64,000 bases of DNA from an uncultured Actinomycetota bacterium (lineage in GTDB: Bacteria; Actinomycetota; Geothermincolia; Geothermincolales; RBG-13-55-18), in the NCBI GenBank assembly GCA_964510515.1, contig CAZEAU010000008.1, positions 5,379 to 69,378 of the forward strand. Direction: 5' to 3'. The position numbers and the translations under genes are program-made. Positions within the stretch are counted from its first letter, which is position 1. Every line of letters starts with the position of its first letter. Positions 10,316-20,618 of the stretch are shown one piece after another. A model generated the notes under the pieces. It was not told where the DNA came from. It saw only the letters and a list, made by a program, of their open reading frames with translations, and made no database searches.

Positions 10316-11152
10316 ATGCACGTAGACATCGCCGCCGCCATAAAGGAGCTGTCGTCCCCGAGTGAGGAGGGAGAGCCTCTGCTCATCGGGCTCGGCGCTG
10401 TCCGCCGCCTCGCCGCCGAGAGCGGGATGTCCCCCCTCGAGGTCGAGCGCGCCGCGCTGGATTGCGGCATCGTCCCCACCCGCTACCGGCTCAACACGGG
10501 CACCATCGGCATGGAGGGCCAGCTCAGACTGCTCCTCTCCCACGTGGGCATATGCGGCCTGGGGGGGCTCGGGGGGCATGTGGCGGAGGCGCTGGCGCGC
10601 TTCGGGGTCGGTCATCTCGTCCTCGCCGACGGGGACGTGTTCGAGGAGAGCAATCTCAACCGGCAGGCGCTGTGCACCGAGGCCGTGCTGGGCCGCCCCA
10701 AGGTGGAGGCGGCGGCGGAGCGCATAGCGGCCGTCAATTCCTCTCTGGTGGTGACGGCGCATCGGCGCTTCGTCGGCGCCGCCGATATCCCCGAGGTCTT
10801 TGCAGGCACCGACCTGGTCATCGACGCCCTGGATAACGTGCCCTCGCGCCTGGCGCTCGAGCGCGGCTGCGCCGAGCTGGGCATCCCGCTGGTGCACGGG
10901 GCCATCGCCGGCAACTCGGGGCAGGTGATGACGGTGCTCCCCGGCGACCCCGGACTCGCGGCCATCTACGGTGGCGGCGGGGACAGCGGCGTGGAGGCGC
11001 TCGAGGGCAACCCTCCCCCCACGCCGGCCCTCGTCGCCTCGCTGCAGGCGGTCGAGGCGGTCAAGGTCATATGCGGCGGGGAGCTCCTGCGCGGCGGGTT
11101 CCTGCTCCTGGACACCGCCGCCAACCTCTATCAGTTCATCCCCCTGAAGTAG
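10316..11152 (+). CDS. HesA/MoeB/ThiF-family adenylyltransferase
   Basis: GLGGLGG, DGDVFEESNLNRQ, DALDN; TTGTGT-17-TATAAT lies 6 nt before the ATG. Confidence 0.85.
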   Translation: MHVDIAAAIKELSSPSEEGEPLLIGLGAVRRLAAESGMSPLEVERAALDCGIVPTRYRLNTGTIGMEGQLRLLLSHVGICGLGGLGGHVAEALARFGVGHLVLADGDVFEESNLNRQALCTEAVLGRPKVEAAAERIAAVNSSLVVTAHRRFVGAADIPEVFAGTDLVIDALDNVPSRLALERGCAELGIPLVHGAIAGNSGQVMTVLPGDPGLAAIYGGGGDSGVEALEGNPPPTPALVASLQAVEAVKVICGGELLRGGFLLLDTAANLYQFIPLK

Positions 11153-11237
11153 GGCGGGCGGTCCCCCCGGAGCCCGCGGGGGCGGGCCTCGCTCCCGCGG
11201 CGGCGGCCGCGGTCCGCCCCTCCGGAAAGGACAGGCC

Positions 11238-11960
11238 ATGATCAGGCTCTCCGGCCGTTCATCGCGTTTCTACCTGGTCATCTCCATCGCCTCGGCGGCG
11301 CTCGCGGCCCTGTGTCTCCTCACCTATCTGCAGAGCCTGCGCTCCCGCCTGGCGGAAAGCGGGCGGCTGGTGGGCCTGGTCGTGGCGGCAAGGGACCTGG
11401 GGGCGGGGGAGGTCCTCGACCCCTCCTGCCTGGAGATGGTCGATTTCCCGGACGTTTACCTGCTGCCGGGGACCTTCAGCGACACCCTGGAGGTCGCCGG
11501 GGCCGCGCTGCGTTGCGCCATGAGGGCGGGCGAACCGCTACTCGAGAGCTGCCTGCTGAGGCGCGGCGACGGGCTCGCGCGGCAGTCTCTGGACGGGGGC
11601 TTCCGCGCCTACGCGCTGCCCGCATCCGCGGTGGCCTTCCCCGCGGGCGAGCTGCCCGCCGGCAGCCGGGTCGATCTCCTGGCCGTGCGCGCGGAGGTCG
11701 CCTCCCCCCTGCTGGAGAACATCGAGGTGCTGTGCGTGTACGGGGACGGCCGCTGGGCGGGGGAGGGCGCCGCGGGGGCGGCCGTGGGAGACCGCGCGGA
11801 CGCATGCATCCTCCTGCAGGTCACCAGCGAGGAGGCCTGCCGCCTGGCGGCGGCCAGGGAGGAGGGGGCGGTGGAGCTGCTCCTGCGCCCCGGGGGCGGC
11901 GCGCAAGCAGGGGGGGACGACCCCCTCGAGGTTCAACCTCCCGGGCCCGCACGCCGATAG
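11238..11960 (+). CDS. Flp/Tad pilus assembly CpaB/RcpC-like protein (SAF domain)
   Basis: N-terminal TM, VVAARDLGAGEVL, GSRVDLL, LLENIEVL, ELLLRP. Confidence 0.75.
   Translation: MIRLSGRSSRFYLVISIASAALAALCLLTYLQSLRSRLAESGRLVGLVVAARDLGAGEVLDPSCLEMVDFPDVYLLPGTFSDTLEVAGAALRCAMRAGEPLLESCLLRRGDGLARQSLDGGFRAYALPASAVAFPAGELPAGSRVDLLAVRAEVASPLLENIEVLCVYGDGRWAGEGAAGAAVGDRADACILLQVTSEEACRLAAAREEGAVELLLRPGGGAQAGGDDPLEVQPPGPARR
11933..11960 (+). promoter_or_regulatory. sigma-28-type promoter for the diguanylate cyclase
   Basis: TCAA-N16-GCCGATAG, 37 bp before the ATG at 11998. Confidence 0.55.
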
Positions 11961-11997
11961 TTGAAGCGCGCTATGCGCTTACGCGAAAGGAAGGGCC

Positions 11998-13464
11998 ATG
12001 GGAGACAAGGGACATCTGCTCCTGGCGGACGACAACAAGCTGGTGGTCAAGGTCACCGGCTCCATACTGGAACGGGCCGGCTACCGGGTCGACGTCGCCT
12101 GGGACGGGATCGAGGCCGCGGTCAAGGCCTTTTCCCTCCTGCCCGACCTCTTGGTCCTCGACGTGGAAATGCCCAGGATAAAAGGCTATCAGGTCTGCCG
12201 CCTGCTCAAGGAGGACCAGCTCACGTCGTGGATGCCGGTGATCATGCTCACGGGCAGGGAACACCAGAGCGACATGTTCTGGGGCCTCAAGGCGGGAGCC
12301 GACGCCTATATCACCAAGGGCTTCAGGCCCGAGCACCTGCTCGAGAAGGTGGACGAACTCCTCTCCCGGGCCCCGGGCTACACGGAGGAACGCGAGCTCT
12401 CCCGCAAGAGGAAAAAGGAGGTCAGCGAGGACTACGTCATCGACAAGATAACCGACCTCCTCGACCGTAAGCTCTACGAGACCACCATACACAACGACAT
12501 CGCCTCGCTCTCGAGCTCGCTCCAGGATTTCTCCGAGACCCTGAAATCGGTGTTCGAGTTCCTGGCCAGGCTCTTCAACTACAACGCGGCAGCCGTGCTC
12601 TTCCTCGACGAGCAGGAGATGTATATCTTCAACAACCGCAGCCCTTCCCGGCAGATGCAGGACGAGCTGGAGCGGGAGGCCATGCGCACGGCGACCGGCT
12701 ATGCCTGGAAGGTCGACGACCCGGACATGGTCAGGCGGGTGCTCCTCGACCCGGAACGCCCCGCGGACCCCGGGGACATGCAGGTGGGGCAGGAATACGT
12801 GCATATACCCCTGACCGCCCACAAGGAGGTGATGGGGGTGTTGGTGGCCGCCGGGCCGCCCTCCCCCGCCTTCCGGCGCGACGCGCCCGGCATCCTCAAC
12901 CTGGTCAACAACGAGCTGAGCATGATCCTGGACAACGCCCGCCTCTACGAGGGAGCCAAGCGCATGGCCATCACCGACGGCTTGACCAGGATATACAACC
13001 ACCGCTTCTTCCAGGAACTGCTGGAAAAGGAGTTCAAGCGCGCCTGCCGCTACAACACCATCTTCTCGCTCATCATGCTGGACATCGATTTCTTCAAACG
13101 CATCAACGACACCTACGGTCACCTCTTCGGCGACGAGATGCTCAAGCAGATGGCGGGGCTGGTGAAAGGTTGCTTGAGGGCCATGGACATACTGGCGCGC
13201 TACGGCGGCGAGGAGTTCGCCATACTGCTCCCGGAAACGGACCTCGAGGACGCGGTGTTCACCGCGGACCGCATACGCATGGCGGTCGAGAACCACGACT
13301 TCTCGCTCGCCGGGGAAGAATCCGTCCGGGTCACCGTGAGCCAGGGGGTTACGTCTTTCCCCTCGCCCGGCATCGAGACGCGCTCGGACATCGTGGCCAA
13401 GGCGGATGCCGCCCTCTACGAGGCCAAGGGGGCGGGGCGCAACTGCGTGCGCGAGAGGGTATAG
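11998..13464 (+). CDS. Receiver-GAF-GGDEF diguanylate cyclase
   Basis: Receiver (LADD, DVEMP), DGLTRIYN, DIDFFKRINDTYGH, I-site RAMD, GGEEF. Confidence 0.92.
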   Translation: MGDKGHLLLADDNKLVVKVTGSILERAGYRVDVAWDGIEAAVKAFSLLPDLLVLDVEMPRIKGYQVCRLLKEDQLTSWMPVIMLTGREHQSDMFWGLKAGADAYITKGFRPEHLLEKVDELLSRAPGYTEERELSRKRKKEVSEDYVIDKITDLLDRKLYETTIHNDIASLSSSLQDFSETLKSVFEFLARLFNYNAAAVLFLDEQEMYIFNNRSPSRQMQDELEREAMRTATGYAWKVDDPDMVRRVLLDPERPADPGDMQVGQEYVHIPLTAHKEVMGVLVAAGPPSPAFRRDAPGILNLVNNELSMILDNARLYEGAKRMAITDGLTRIYNHRFFQELLEKEFKRACRYNTIFSLIMLDIDFFKRINDTYGHLFGDEMLKQMAGLVKGCLRAMDILARYGGEEFAILLPETDLEDAVFTADRIRMAVENHDFSLAGEESVRVTVSQGVTSFPSPGIETRSDIVAKADAALYEAKGAGRNCVRERV

Positions 13465-13528
13465 CGAACCGCGAGCCCGGCCGGGCGGCCTGCGCCCGCG
13501 CTGGCGGCGGGCGCAGGCTCCGTTTCCC

Positions 13529-14935
13529 TCAACCGCTGCGCAGCGTGCGCCAGAGGTTCAACCCGCTGTCCACCGCCATCTCCGTGCCCACACCCCGACC
13601 GCCCGCGTCGGCCCCCACCAGGTAGAGGCCCTCGACCGGGGTAACGCTCGAGGGGCGCTTGTCGCCCACCTGATGGCGGTTCTGGGCCACCCCGATGACC
13701 TCTCCCGTCCACCTGCCGGAGATCTCGGCGACATAACTGATATCGGTGCGTATCTTCCAGATCACGTGCTTTTCGATGTCCGGATAGAGGTCCTGCACGG
13801 TGTTCTCCATGCGGTCGAGCAACTCATTGCAGATCGCCGCGGACTGTTCGGGATCCTCCAGGCTGGGGGGGGCCAGGGAGCCCGCCAGCACCAGCTGGCA
13901 TCCGGGAGGAGCCAGGGAGGGGTCCGCGATGGAGGGCACGGGCAGAAAGATGGGGGCCTGCCTTTCCATCATCTCCGCATCGCTGAAATCGGGGAAATAG
14001 CACGCCAGGTGGTCCTTTATCAGCTCGGCGTCCAGGGCGTACTTCACGCTCACCGCCCCGAAGGAAAGCCGCAGCCCGTCCACCATGGAGAGGTAGTCGT
14101 CGGAGAAGTTGTGCCTCCCGGCCAAGGCCACCGTCTCCTTGATGCCGTTGTTGCTGATGACGATGTCCGCGGGGATGAACCCGCCCGCCTCGACCCCCCT
14201 CACCTTGCCGCCCTCGACGACGATACGCTCCACCGGGGTGGAGTAGCGCAGCTCTCCCCCCAGCGACTGCATGGCGTCCAGGAAGGCCATGGGCACGGAG
14301 CGCATGCCGCCCACGGGGTAGCTGAGGCTTTTCTGCTTGGTCTGGGTGGAGAAGCAATAGATGAACTCCCCCGTGGAGGCCGCCCTGCGGGAGACGCACA
14401 TGTACATGCCGGTGAACCCGTCCAGGAGGCGGTTGAGCTGATCGTCATCGACGAAGCGGGCCATGTACTCGGCCAGGGACACCTCGTCGAGGGCCTGCAG
14501 CTCCTGCGGAGTGCGCTCCCGCGAGAGGTCCCTGAGCAGGGTCCGGGCGCCCTCACGGTTCTCGGGAAGGACCCCTATCTCCTCGAGAAGCTTGTCCAGG
14601 ACCTCGTCCTCGTCTAGCGTCTGAGATATCACCGCGGTGCGTCCGCCCGTGGTGAACACCATCGCCGTATCCATGACCACGAAAGAGAGCTCCGCGCCCA
14701 CGATGTTCGCGACCTCTCCCATGGGCCCCTTCTCCCCCCGGGCCAGCCAGTGCACGCCGGTGTCGTAGATGAAGCCGTCGCGCTCGAAACTCGCCCCCTT
14801 GCCTCCCGGATAGCTGTTCCTCTCCAGGACGGTGACCTTCGCCCCTTCCTTGGCGAGGAGCGGCGCCACGCTCGCGCCGCCCATCCCCGTGCCGATGACC
14901 ACGACCTTACTGCCCTTCAAAGTACCTGCCACCAT
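13529..14935 (-). CDS. Phytoene desaturase-like FAD-dependent oxidoreductase
   Basis: VIGTGMGG...VLERNSYPGG...YDTGVH; C-terminal GLYLVGAD. Confidence 0.8.
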   Translation of the reverse strand: MVAGTLKGSKVVVIGTGMGGASVAPLLAKEGAKVTVLERNSYPGGKGASFERDGFIYDTGVHWLARGEKGPMGEVANIVGAELSFVVMDTAMVFTTGGRTAVISQTLDEDEVLDKLLEEIGVLPENREGARTLLRDLSRERTPQELQALDEVSLAEYMARFVDDDQLNRLLDGFTGMYMCVSRRAASTGEFIYCFSTQTKQKSLSYPVGGMRSVPMAFLDAMQSLGGELRYSTPVERIVVEGGKVRGVEAGGFIPADIVISNNGIKETVALAGRHNFSDDYLSMVDGLRLSFGAVSVKYALDAELIKDHLACYFPDFSDAEMMERQAPIFLPVPSIADPSLAPPGCQLVLAGSLAPPSLEDPEQSAAICNELLDRMENTVQDLYPDIEKHVIWKIRTDISYVAEISGRWTGEVIGVAQNRHQVGDKRPSSVTPVEGLYLVGADAGGRGVGTEMAVDSGLNLWRTLRSG

Positions 14936-15382
14936 GCCACCTCCTGGTCTGCCGCCTCGCCTCCTCGGTCCTGTCCGGGGCCGAATCCGGGTGCCGGAAT
15001 CAACCCACAAGCGCCCCCCGCGCCTGAGCGGGCGGGCGATCAAAAAGTAGAAACCCAAGATACCTTTGGGGCCGCCGGACCGGGGCCCGACGTTTTCTAC
15101 TCGGCATCCTGGGTTCCTACCAACGTTCCGGACGCGCAAGTCCCAAAAGCGCTTCAGTTCAGGTTTTCCCCCGATTCCAGCCGGAACGCCTCAATCATAT
15201 CATTCTCTTTTCGAGTGTCAATAGGGTGGGGGGTAATATTCTCGAAAATGTCCTTTGTGTACCAATATATACCATTTCATCGCCCCCTCCCGTTCTCCCT
15301 CTACGCCGCCGCCGGCGGCGGGCAGACCCCCGCCTTCTGCTATTATGTATTGGTGAGGAGGAGGGATGGAAGAGGAGGTACG

Positions 15383-16300
15383 ATGGCCATGTGGAACGTC
15401 AAGGGCTGCCTGATCCCACTGGTGACCACCTTCGCCGCCGACGGCGGTCTGGATGAGCAGGCCTTGAGGAACCTGGTGGATTACCTCATCGAGGAACAGG
15501 CCGCCGATGCCATCATCCCCTGCGGCACCACGGGTGAATCTCCCACCCTCAGCCACCGGGAGCACATGAAGGTCATCGAGGTGGTGCAGGAGCAGACGGC
15601 GGGGAGGGTGCCGGTCATCGCCGGCACCGGGAGCAACAGCACCACCGAGGCCATCGAGCTGACCGTCGCCGCCGAGAAACTCGGCGTGGACGGGAGCCTG
15701 CAGGTCTGCCCCTATTACAACCGCCCCACCCAGGAGGGTATTTACGCGCATTACCGGGCCGTCGCCGAGAGCACCTCCCTCCCGCTCATCCTCTACAACA
15801 TCCCCGCCAGGACGGGGAGGAACATCGAGGTGGAGACCATGCTGCGCCTCGCGCAGATGGAGAACGTGGTAGGGGTCAAAGAGGCCAGCGGGAACATCCT
15901 GCAGGTGAACGCGATAATCGAGGAGATGCGCAGGGCGGGGAGGGACTTCTTCGTCTATTCCGGCGAGGACCAGTTGACCTTCCAGGTGCTCTGCCTCGGC
16001 GGTCACGGCTGCATAGCGGCGGTCGGCCACGTGCTGGGCAGGGAGTTCGGCCGCATGTGCAGGCTGGCTTGGGAGGGCCGGGTGGAGGAGGCGCGCGAAC
16101 TGCATTTCCGCGTCATGCCCCTGGTGCGCGCCCTCTTCTGCGAGCCCAACCCCACCGCCATCAAGCAGGCCTTGAATTGGATGGGGGTGGCGGTCGGCGG
16201 CCTGCGCCTCCCGCTGCTTCCCCTCACGCACGAGGGCAGGGAGACCCTGCGCCGTGCGCTTATCGCTTTGGGGAAAGCGTCCGCCGAGGACTGCACCTGA
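15383..16300 (+). CDS. dapA: 4-hydroxy-tetrahydrodipicolinate synthase
   Basis: GTTGESPTL, AGTGSNST, PYYNRP, LYNIP, GVKEASG, EPNP. Confidence 0.9.
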   Translation: MAMWNVKGCLIPLVTTFAADGGLDEQALRNLVDYLIEEQAADAIIPCGTTGESPTLSHREHMKVIEVVQEQTAGRVPVIAGTGSNSTTEAIELTVAAEKLGVDGSLQVCPYYNRPTQEGIYAHYRAVAESTSLPLILYNIPARTGRNIEVETMLRLAQMENVVGVKEASGNILQVNAIIEEMRRAGRDFFVYSGEDQLTFQVLCLGGHGCIAAVGHVLGREFGRMCRLAWEGRVEEARELHFRVMPLVRALFCEPNPTAIKQALNWMGVAVGGLRLPLLPLTHEGRETLRRALIALGKASAEDCT

Positions 16301-16403
16301 GGGTGCGGAGAGATGCGCGCCGCAGACGGTGCGGTCGCGGGACGCGAGAGGCGACAGGAGCGCCGCCGGAGGCGGCGCATGGATAAAGAGAGAGGTGGGC
16401 AAG

Positions 16404-16673
16404 ATGTGTCGGGAAGGCATAGACCTGGTCACCCTGAAAGTGGCCTTGAAACACAGCGCAGACCGCCTTGAGCAGGAGATGACCCACCTGCGCCAGTGGT
16501 CGGCCCTGGCCGCGAACGTCAACCTGGACTCGGTCTCCTCGCGCCTGCGGGGGGCCCTGGACGCGGTCACCGGGGGAGAGGAGCTGGTCAACGCCTGCGT
16601 GCGCGACCTCTCGGACCGGCAGGTGCGGGGCCCCCACGCGGCGGGGTCGGGGGTCACCATCACCCCCATGTAG
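16404..16673 (+). CDS. Small helical hypothetical protein
   Basis: GAGGTG Shine-Dalgarno; amphipathic sequence; codon usage fits the genome. Confidence 0.55.
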   Translation: MCREGIDLVTLKVALKHSADRLEQEMTHLRQWSALAANVNLDSVSSRLRGALDAVTGGEELVNACVRDLSDRQVRGPHAAGSGVTITPM

Positions 16674-16681
16674 GCGGCGGG

Positions 16682-16930
16682 CTAACCTCCCGCTACCGGC
16701 GGGTAGAGGGAGACCTCGTCGGCGGGCCGGAGCCGGGTCCTCCGGCCCTTGAGGTAATTTATATTACGCCCATTCACCAGCACGATGCAGTGCCTGGTGT
16801 AGGCAGATACCTTGCCGCCGTACCTCCTCTCCACCTCCTTGAGCACCGCTCCCACCGTCTTCTGGTCGGTCTCATATCCCGACTCGCCGGTCGCCTTGCG
16901 CAGCAGGGTGAAGAACTTTACCGTGGCCAT
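16682..16930 (-). CDS. MoaD/ThiS-family sulfur carrier
   Basis: VKFF...VLVNGRNI...YPPVAGG C-terminal GG; directly downstream of AOR. Confidence 0.9.
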   Translation of the reverse strand: MATVKFFTLLRKATGESGYETDQKTVGAVLKEVERRYGGKVSAYTRHCIVLVNGRNINYLKGRRTRLRPADEVSLYPPVAGG

Positions 16931-17080
16931 CCGTTTCCTTTCGCATCGCGTTCTCGCGGGCTTGCTGCTCGTGGGGCGCCCGCGCCGCCTTCCTTCCCTT
17001 GCGCAGGCATGCCGCGGGACCCCGCCAAGGTCCAGCGGGCAGCATCCCGCGGGCACGCCGCGCCGCGCGCGCTTGCCGCT

Positions 17081-19147
17081 TTACCCGTGCAGCGCCGCGG
17101 CGACGTCCGCGAGGCCCAGTCCCTCCAGGCAGTCGCGGCTGGGGCGGCCCCGGTCGTCTATATCGCGGAGGCGATAGAAGTCCTCGATCATCTCGTCGAA
17201 GGCCACCGTCTTGCGCTGCATCTCCCCCGCGTCCCCCGCCGCCAGCTTTTTGCGCTTCCCCGAGAAGCCGGGCAGGTAGTTCAGCGAGACGAGTATCTTG
17301 TCCATGTGGGGATAGAGGTACTTGTTGAGGATATTGGTGGTGGTCTTGGTGAAGCCCTCGAACCTCAGCTTCTGCAGCGGCGCCAGCGACATGAACTGCG
17401 GATAGACCGCCGTGAGCAGCCCCGAGGTTGAGCCCTCGGGGTGGGGCTCGAGGATGCGCGCGGGCAGGCGGTCGTGCTCGCGTGTCGCGCCCATGAGGTT
17501 GCCCAAGGCGCGCTTGATGTACCAGATGCGGTCCCCCACCCGGCACAGTTCATCCGGATCGTAGCCGAAGCCGGTGAGGGAGTTGAGCATCATAGCCATG
17601 TCCTGCAAGGTCCCTCCCGCGGACCCCCAGGCGAACTGGCAGATGACCGCGGAGTTGGCGATCACGCCCTTCCTCTGGCTGGTGACGGTCTGGGCGGCCT
17701 TGCCCTTGGCCCGGTAGGGCCATGTCCGCTTGGTCTTCACATCGTTGTGGTTGGAAACGCCCAGCTCCACGTAGAGGTTGGCGTCGGCGCAGTGGCAGGC
17801 CCCCCGTATGGAGGTGGCGTAGGTGAGCGCCATCCCCCACAGCGCGCGGGGGTCGTGCATGGGGCACTCCAGCCCCTTGACGTGTATGGCCATCTCCTTG
17901 CCGCCATACTTCTCGGACATGGCCCGTGAGCCTTCGGCGAGGTCGTTTCCGAACCCCTCGCGCCGCGCCGTCTTCTCGACCAGGTCGAGGAGAACGTCAG
18001 GCTGACCCCAGCCCAGCTTTATGCCCCCGGTGTCCTTCTCCGTGATCAGCCCCGCCTCGAAGGCCTCGGTGGCGTAGGCGAGGGTGGACCCGCAGGAGAT
18101 GGTATCCATGCCCAGGCGGTTGCAGAGCTCGTTGGCCTTGTGGTTGGCCTCACGGCTGTCCATGATATGCAGGGTGCCCAGGGCCGCCGCGGCCTCGTAT
18201 TCCGATCCCGGCCCCTCCTCCAGGGCATAGGGACCCGATTTTACCTCCACGATGCGCTTGCAGGAGATGGGGCAGGCGTAACAGGAGTGGTTCTTGGTGA
18301 GTATGCTCTCCGCCACCGCGGTGCCCCCCAGCTCCTCCGGCCCCTTGCTCCAATAGGCCTGGCGCCAGTTCTTGGTGGGGACGTCGCCGATGGCCATGCC
18401 GTATTCCATGTGCACGTTGGACCCGTAGGCGCGAAAACCGTCCGCCACCAGGCTGAACTTGAGTATCTCGTTCATGGTCTCGCGCGCCTTTTTAAAAGCC
18501 TCCTCGTCCGCCACGGGGGGCTTCTTGTTGCCCCGCACCACCACCGCCTTGAGCTTCTTGGAGCCCATCACCGCTCCCATGCCGCATCTCCCCGAGGTGG
18601 AGCCGCGGTCGTTCATGACGTTGGCGTACCTGACCAGGTTCTCGCCCGCGGGCCCGATGGAGATGACCTGGGCGCGCTTCTCCCCCACCTCCTGCCTGAG
18701 CAGCCCCTCCATCTCGTAGTTGTCCTTGCCCCAGAGGTGGGAAGCGTCCCTGATCTCCACTTTCTTATCGGTGACGTACAGATAGACCGGCTTCTCGGAG
18801 GCGCCGGTGACGACGATGCCGTCATAGCCCGTGCGCTTCAGCTGGGGGGAGAAATGGCCCCCCATGGAGGCCTCGCCCCAGATACCGGTGAGCGGCGAGC
18901 GGGCGCAGATCTCCAGGCGCGAGACCCCGGGCAGAGAGGTGCCCGAGAGCGGACCGTTCATGATCATCAAGATACTCTGCGGCGAAAGCGGGTCGTTTTT
19001 CCAGCCCTGCCTGTCGAAAAACAGCTTGGCGGCCAGCCCGCTCCCGCCCAGGAAATCGCGGTAGAGCTTCTCCTCCAGCTCGAGATCCTGCGTGGTGCCG
19101 GCGGTGAGGTCCACCTCGAGCACCTTTCCCCAGTTTCCTCCCATCAT
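17081..19147 (-). CDS. Aldehyde:ferredoxin oxidoreductase (W/Mo-pterin AOR family)
   Basis: FLGGSGLA, SPLTG, GRCGMGAVMGSKKLKA, CYACPISC, GMDTISCG, HVKGLE, RGACH. Confidence 0.92.
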   Translation of the reverse strand: MMGGNWGKVLEVDLTAGTTQDLELEEKLYRDFLGGSGLAAKLFFDRQGWKNDPLSPQSILMIMNGPLSGTSLPGVSRLEICARSPLTGIWGEASMGGHFSPQLKRTGYDGIVVTGASEKPVYLYVTDKKVEIRDASHLWGKDNYEMEGLLRQEVGEKRAQVISIGPAGENLVRYANVMNDRGSTSGRCGMGAVMGSKKLKAVVVRGNKKPPVADEEAFKKARETMNEILKFSLVADGFRAYGSNVHMEYGMAIGDVPTKNWRQAYWSKGPEELGGTAVAESILTKNHSCYACPISCKRIVEVKSGPYALEEGPGSEYEAAAALGTLHIMDSREANHKANELCNRLGMDTISCGSTLAYATEAFEAGLITEKDTGGIKLGWGQPDVLLDLVEKTARREGFGNDLAEGSRAMSEKYGGKEMAIHVKGLECPMHDPRALWGMALTYATSIRGACHCADANLYVELGVSNHNDVKTKRTWPYRAKGKAAQTVTSQRKGVIANSAVICQFAWGSAGGTLQDMAMMLNSLTGFGYDPDELCRVGDRIWYIKRALGNLMGATREHDRLPARILEPHPEGSTSGLLTAVYPQFMSLAPLQKLRFEGFTKTTTNILNKYLYPHMDKILVSLNYLPGFSGKRKKLAAGDAGEMQRKTVAFDEMIEDFYRLRDIDDRGRPSRDCLEGLGLADVAAALHG

Positions 19148-19459
19148 GGCGACTACTCCCCTCCCTGGTTTCCAGCCAGTCCCGATCGCGGGTCAAGCGA
19201 CCCCGTTTCTGAGCTCTATCGACCTCCTCCCGCACAGGCGGCCCGCGCTCTTGATGCTCCTCTATTTGCTGTCCCAAGCAAGAATATTATAGCAGAGCCT
19301 GGCGGGGGCCTCGTCCGCCTGCGGCGCGGAGCGGGGGCCGGGCGGGCTTTATGCCGCAAGCCGCCCCCCGGCGGCGCGGCCGCCGCGCGGCACATGGGGG
19401 CTTCAGGCGCTCGCGGGGTCGCCGTCGCCGGGGGGGGCGACAGAAACCCCCCGCGGGGG

Positions 19460-20326
19460 TCACCTCCGGGAGAAGGCGCGGGTGATGAATCTGTGCAGGG
19501 TCTTCCAGGTGTCCTCCTTGCGCGCCTCGCCGTCCCCGGAGAGCAGGATGGCGATGCTCTGACCCATGCCGACCATCGCATAGGATATGACCTCGAGGTC
19601 CTCGAAGGGAAACATCTGGCCCGCCTCGACCCCCTCCCGGATATCACCCTCGATGCTGCTCGCGAGCTGCCTGTAAACCTCCCGGAGTTGGTTCACGAGG
19701 CGCGGGTTTCCCACCGTCTCTCCGAGGAGCATGTAGAGGAGCTCGCTGCGCTCCAGGTAGAGCTCGAACATCTCCTGCCCCTTGACCTCGATGCGGGCGA
19801 CGAAATCCTCTCCCTCCTCCCCGTCGAGCCTGTCCGCTATGCGCGCCAGCGTGTTCTCGATAAGCCGCTTGATCACCTCGACGAGGATATCCTCCTTGCT
19901 GTCGAAGTACACGTAGAAGGTGCCCTTGGCTATCCCCGTTGCCTGCACGATCTCATCTATGGTCGTGCCGTGATAGCCCTTGGCGGCGAAGAGCTCGGTG
20001 GCGTTGTCTATGATGCGCTCCCTGCGGTCGACCGACTGCCGCTCCTCCTCCGGCTCCCCGCCGGCCTCTCCCGGCAGGGAGCTGACGATGACCCCGAAGA
20101 GCCCGGAGATGTCGCGCAGGGACATGCCGTAGCGCAAACGCAGGTGCTCTATCATGCCCAGCCTCTCCAGGTGATGCCGCGTGAACACCTCTCCCTCGAG
20201 CGGCTGAGGGAGCGCACCCTCCTTGAGGTAGCGCCCGATCTGCGTACGGTTGATACGCGAACCCGCCTCGGACTCGTAGGCCTCGATCAGCCCGCTGAGG
20301 TCCCAACCCTTTTCTTTGTCCGCCAT
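19460..20326 (-). CDS. TetR/AcrR-family regulator with N-terminal MerR-like HTH
   Basis: N-terminal IGRYLKEGALPQP...HLERLGMIEHLR; TetR motif FAAKGYHGTTIDEIVQATGIAKGTFYVYF. Confidence 0.85.
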   Translation of the reverse strand: MADKEKGWDLSGLIEAYESEAGSRINRTQIGRYLKEGALPQPLEGEVFTRHHLERLGMIEHLRLRYGMSLRDISGLFGVIVSSLPGEAGGEPEEERQSVDRRERIIDNATELFAAKGYHGTTIDEIVQATGIAKGTFYVYFDSKEDILVEVIKRLIENTLARIADRLDGEEGEDFVARIEVKGQEMFELYLERSELLYMLLGETVGNPRLVNQLREVYRQLASSIEGDIREGVEAGQMFPFEDLEVISYAMVGMGQSIAILLSGDGEARKEDTWKTLHRFITRAFSRR

Positions 20327-20388
20327 CTGCGGCCGCCTTTTCCACGGTTTTCGGACAACGGGCCTTACGGCGCGAAGTATCGGAAAAC

Positions 20389-20435
20389 GACTGGCTAGTC
20401 AGTCACATAATAGTACCGCGCGCTGACCCTGTCAA
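20389..20435 (-). promoter_or_regulatory. sigma-70 promoter and palindromic operator of the TetR gene
   Basis: Minus strand TTGACA-17-TATTAT; GACTG-GCTAGT-CAGTC palindrome (20389-20404) immediately downstream. Confidence 0.7.
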
Positions 20436-20618
20436 CGCAGCGGGATGGCGGCCTGCGGCGCCCTGGAGCGCGGCGGCAGCCGATGCGCCGGCAGCGGGCT
20501 CAAGCCCCTGGAGGCCGCCTGACCCCGGCTCACCGCTCTCTCTTCGCCCATGCTTATCCCCTTGCTTCGGGCCGGGACGGTTTGAGCGGGGCCGTGGGGG
20601 GAATAAACAAGGGGGGAG

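Noticed and set aside
15208-15248. Inverted repeat TTTTCGAG...CTCGAAAA between the divergent oxidoreductase and dapA
   Set aside because: 8-bp arms with a 25-bp spacer, no second copy and no assignable regulator; too weak to call.
18140-20398. Long antisense/alternate-frame ORFs (also 8683-10479, 44135-46270, 54205-56247, 60413-63814)
   Set aside because: Shadow ORFs of high-GC coding sequence opposite well-supported genes; no recognisable motifs.
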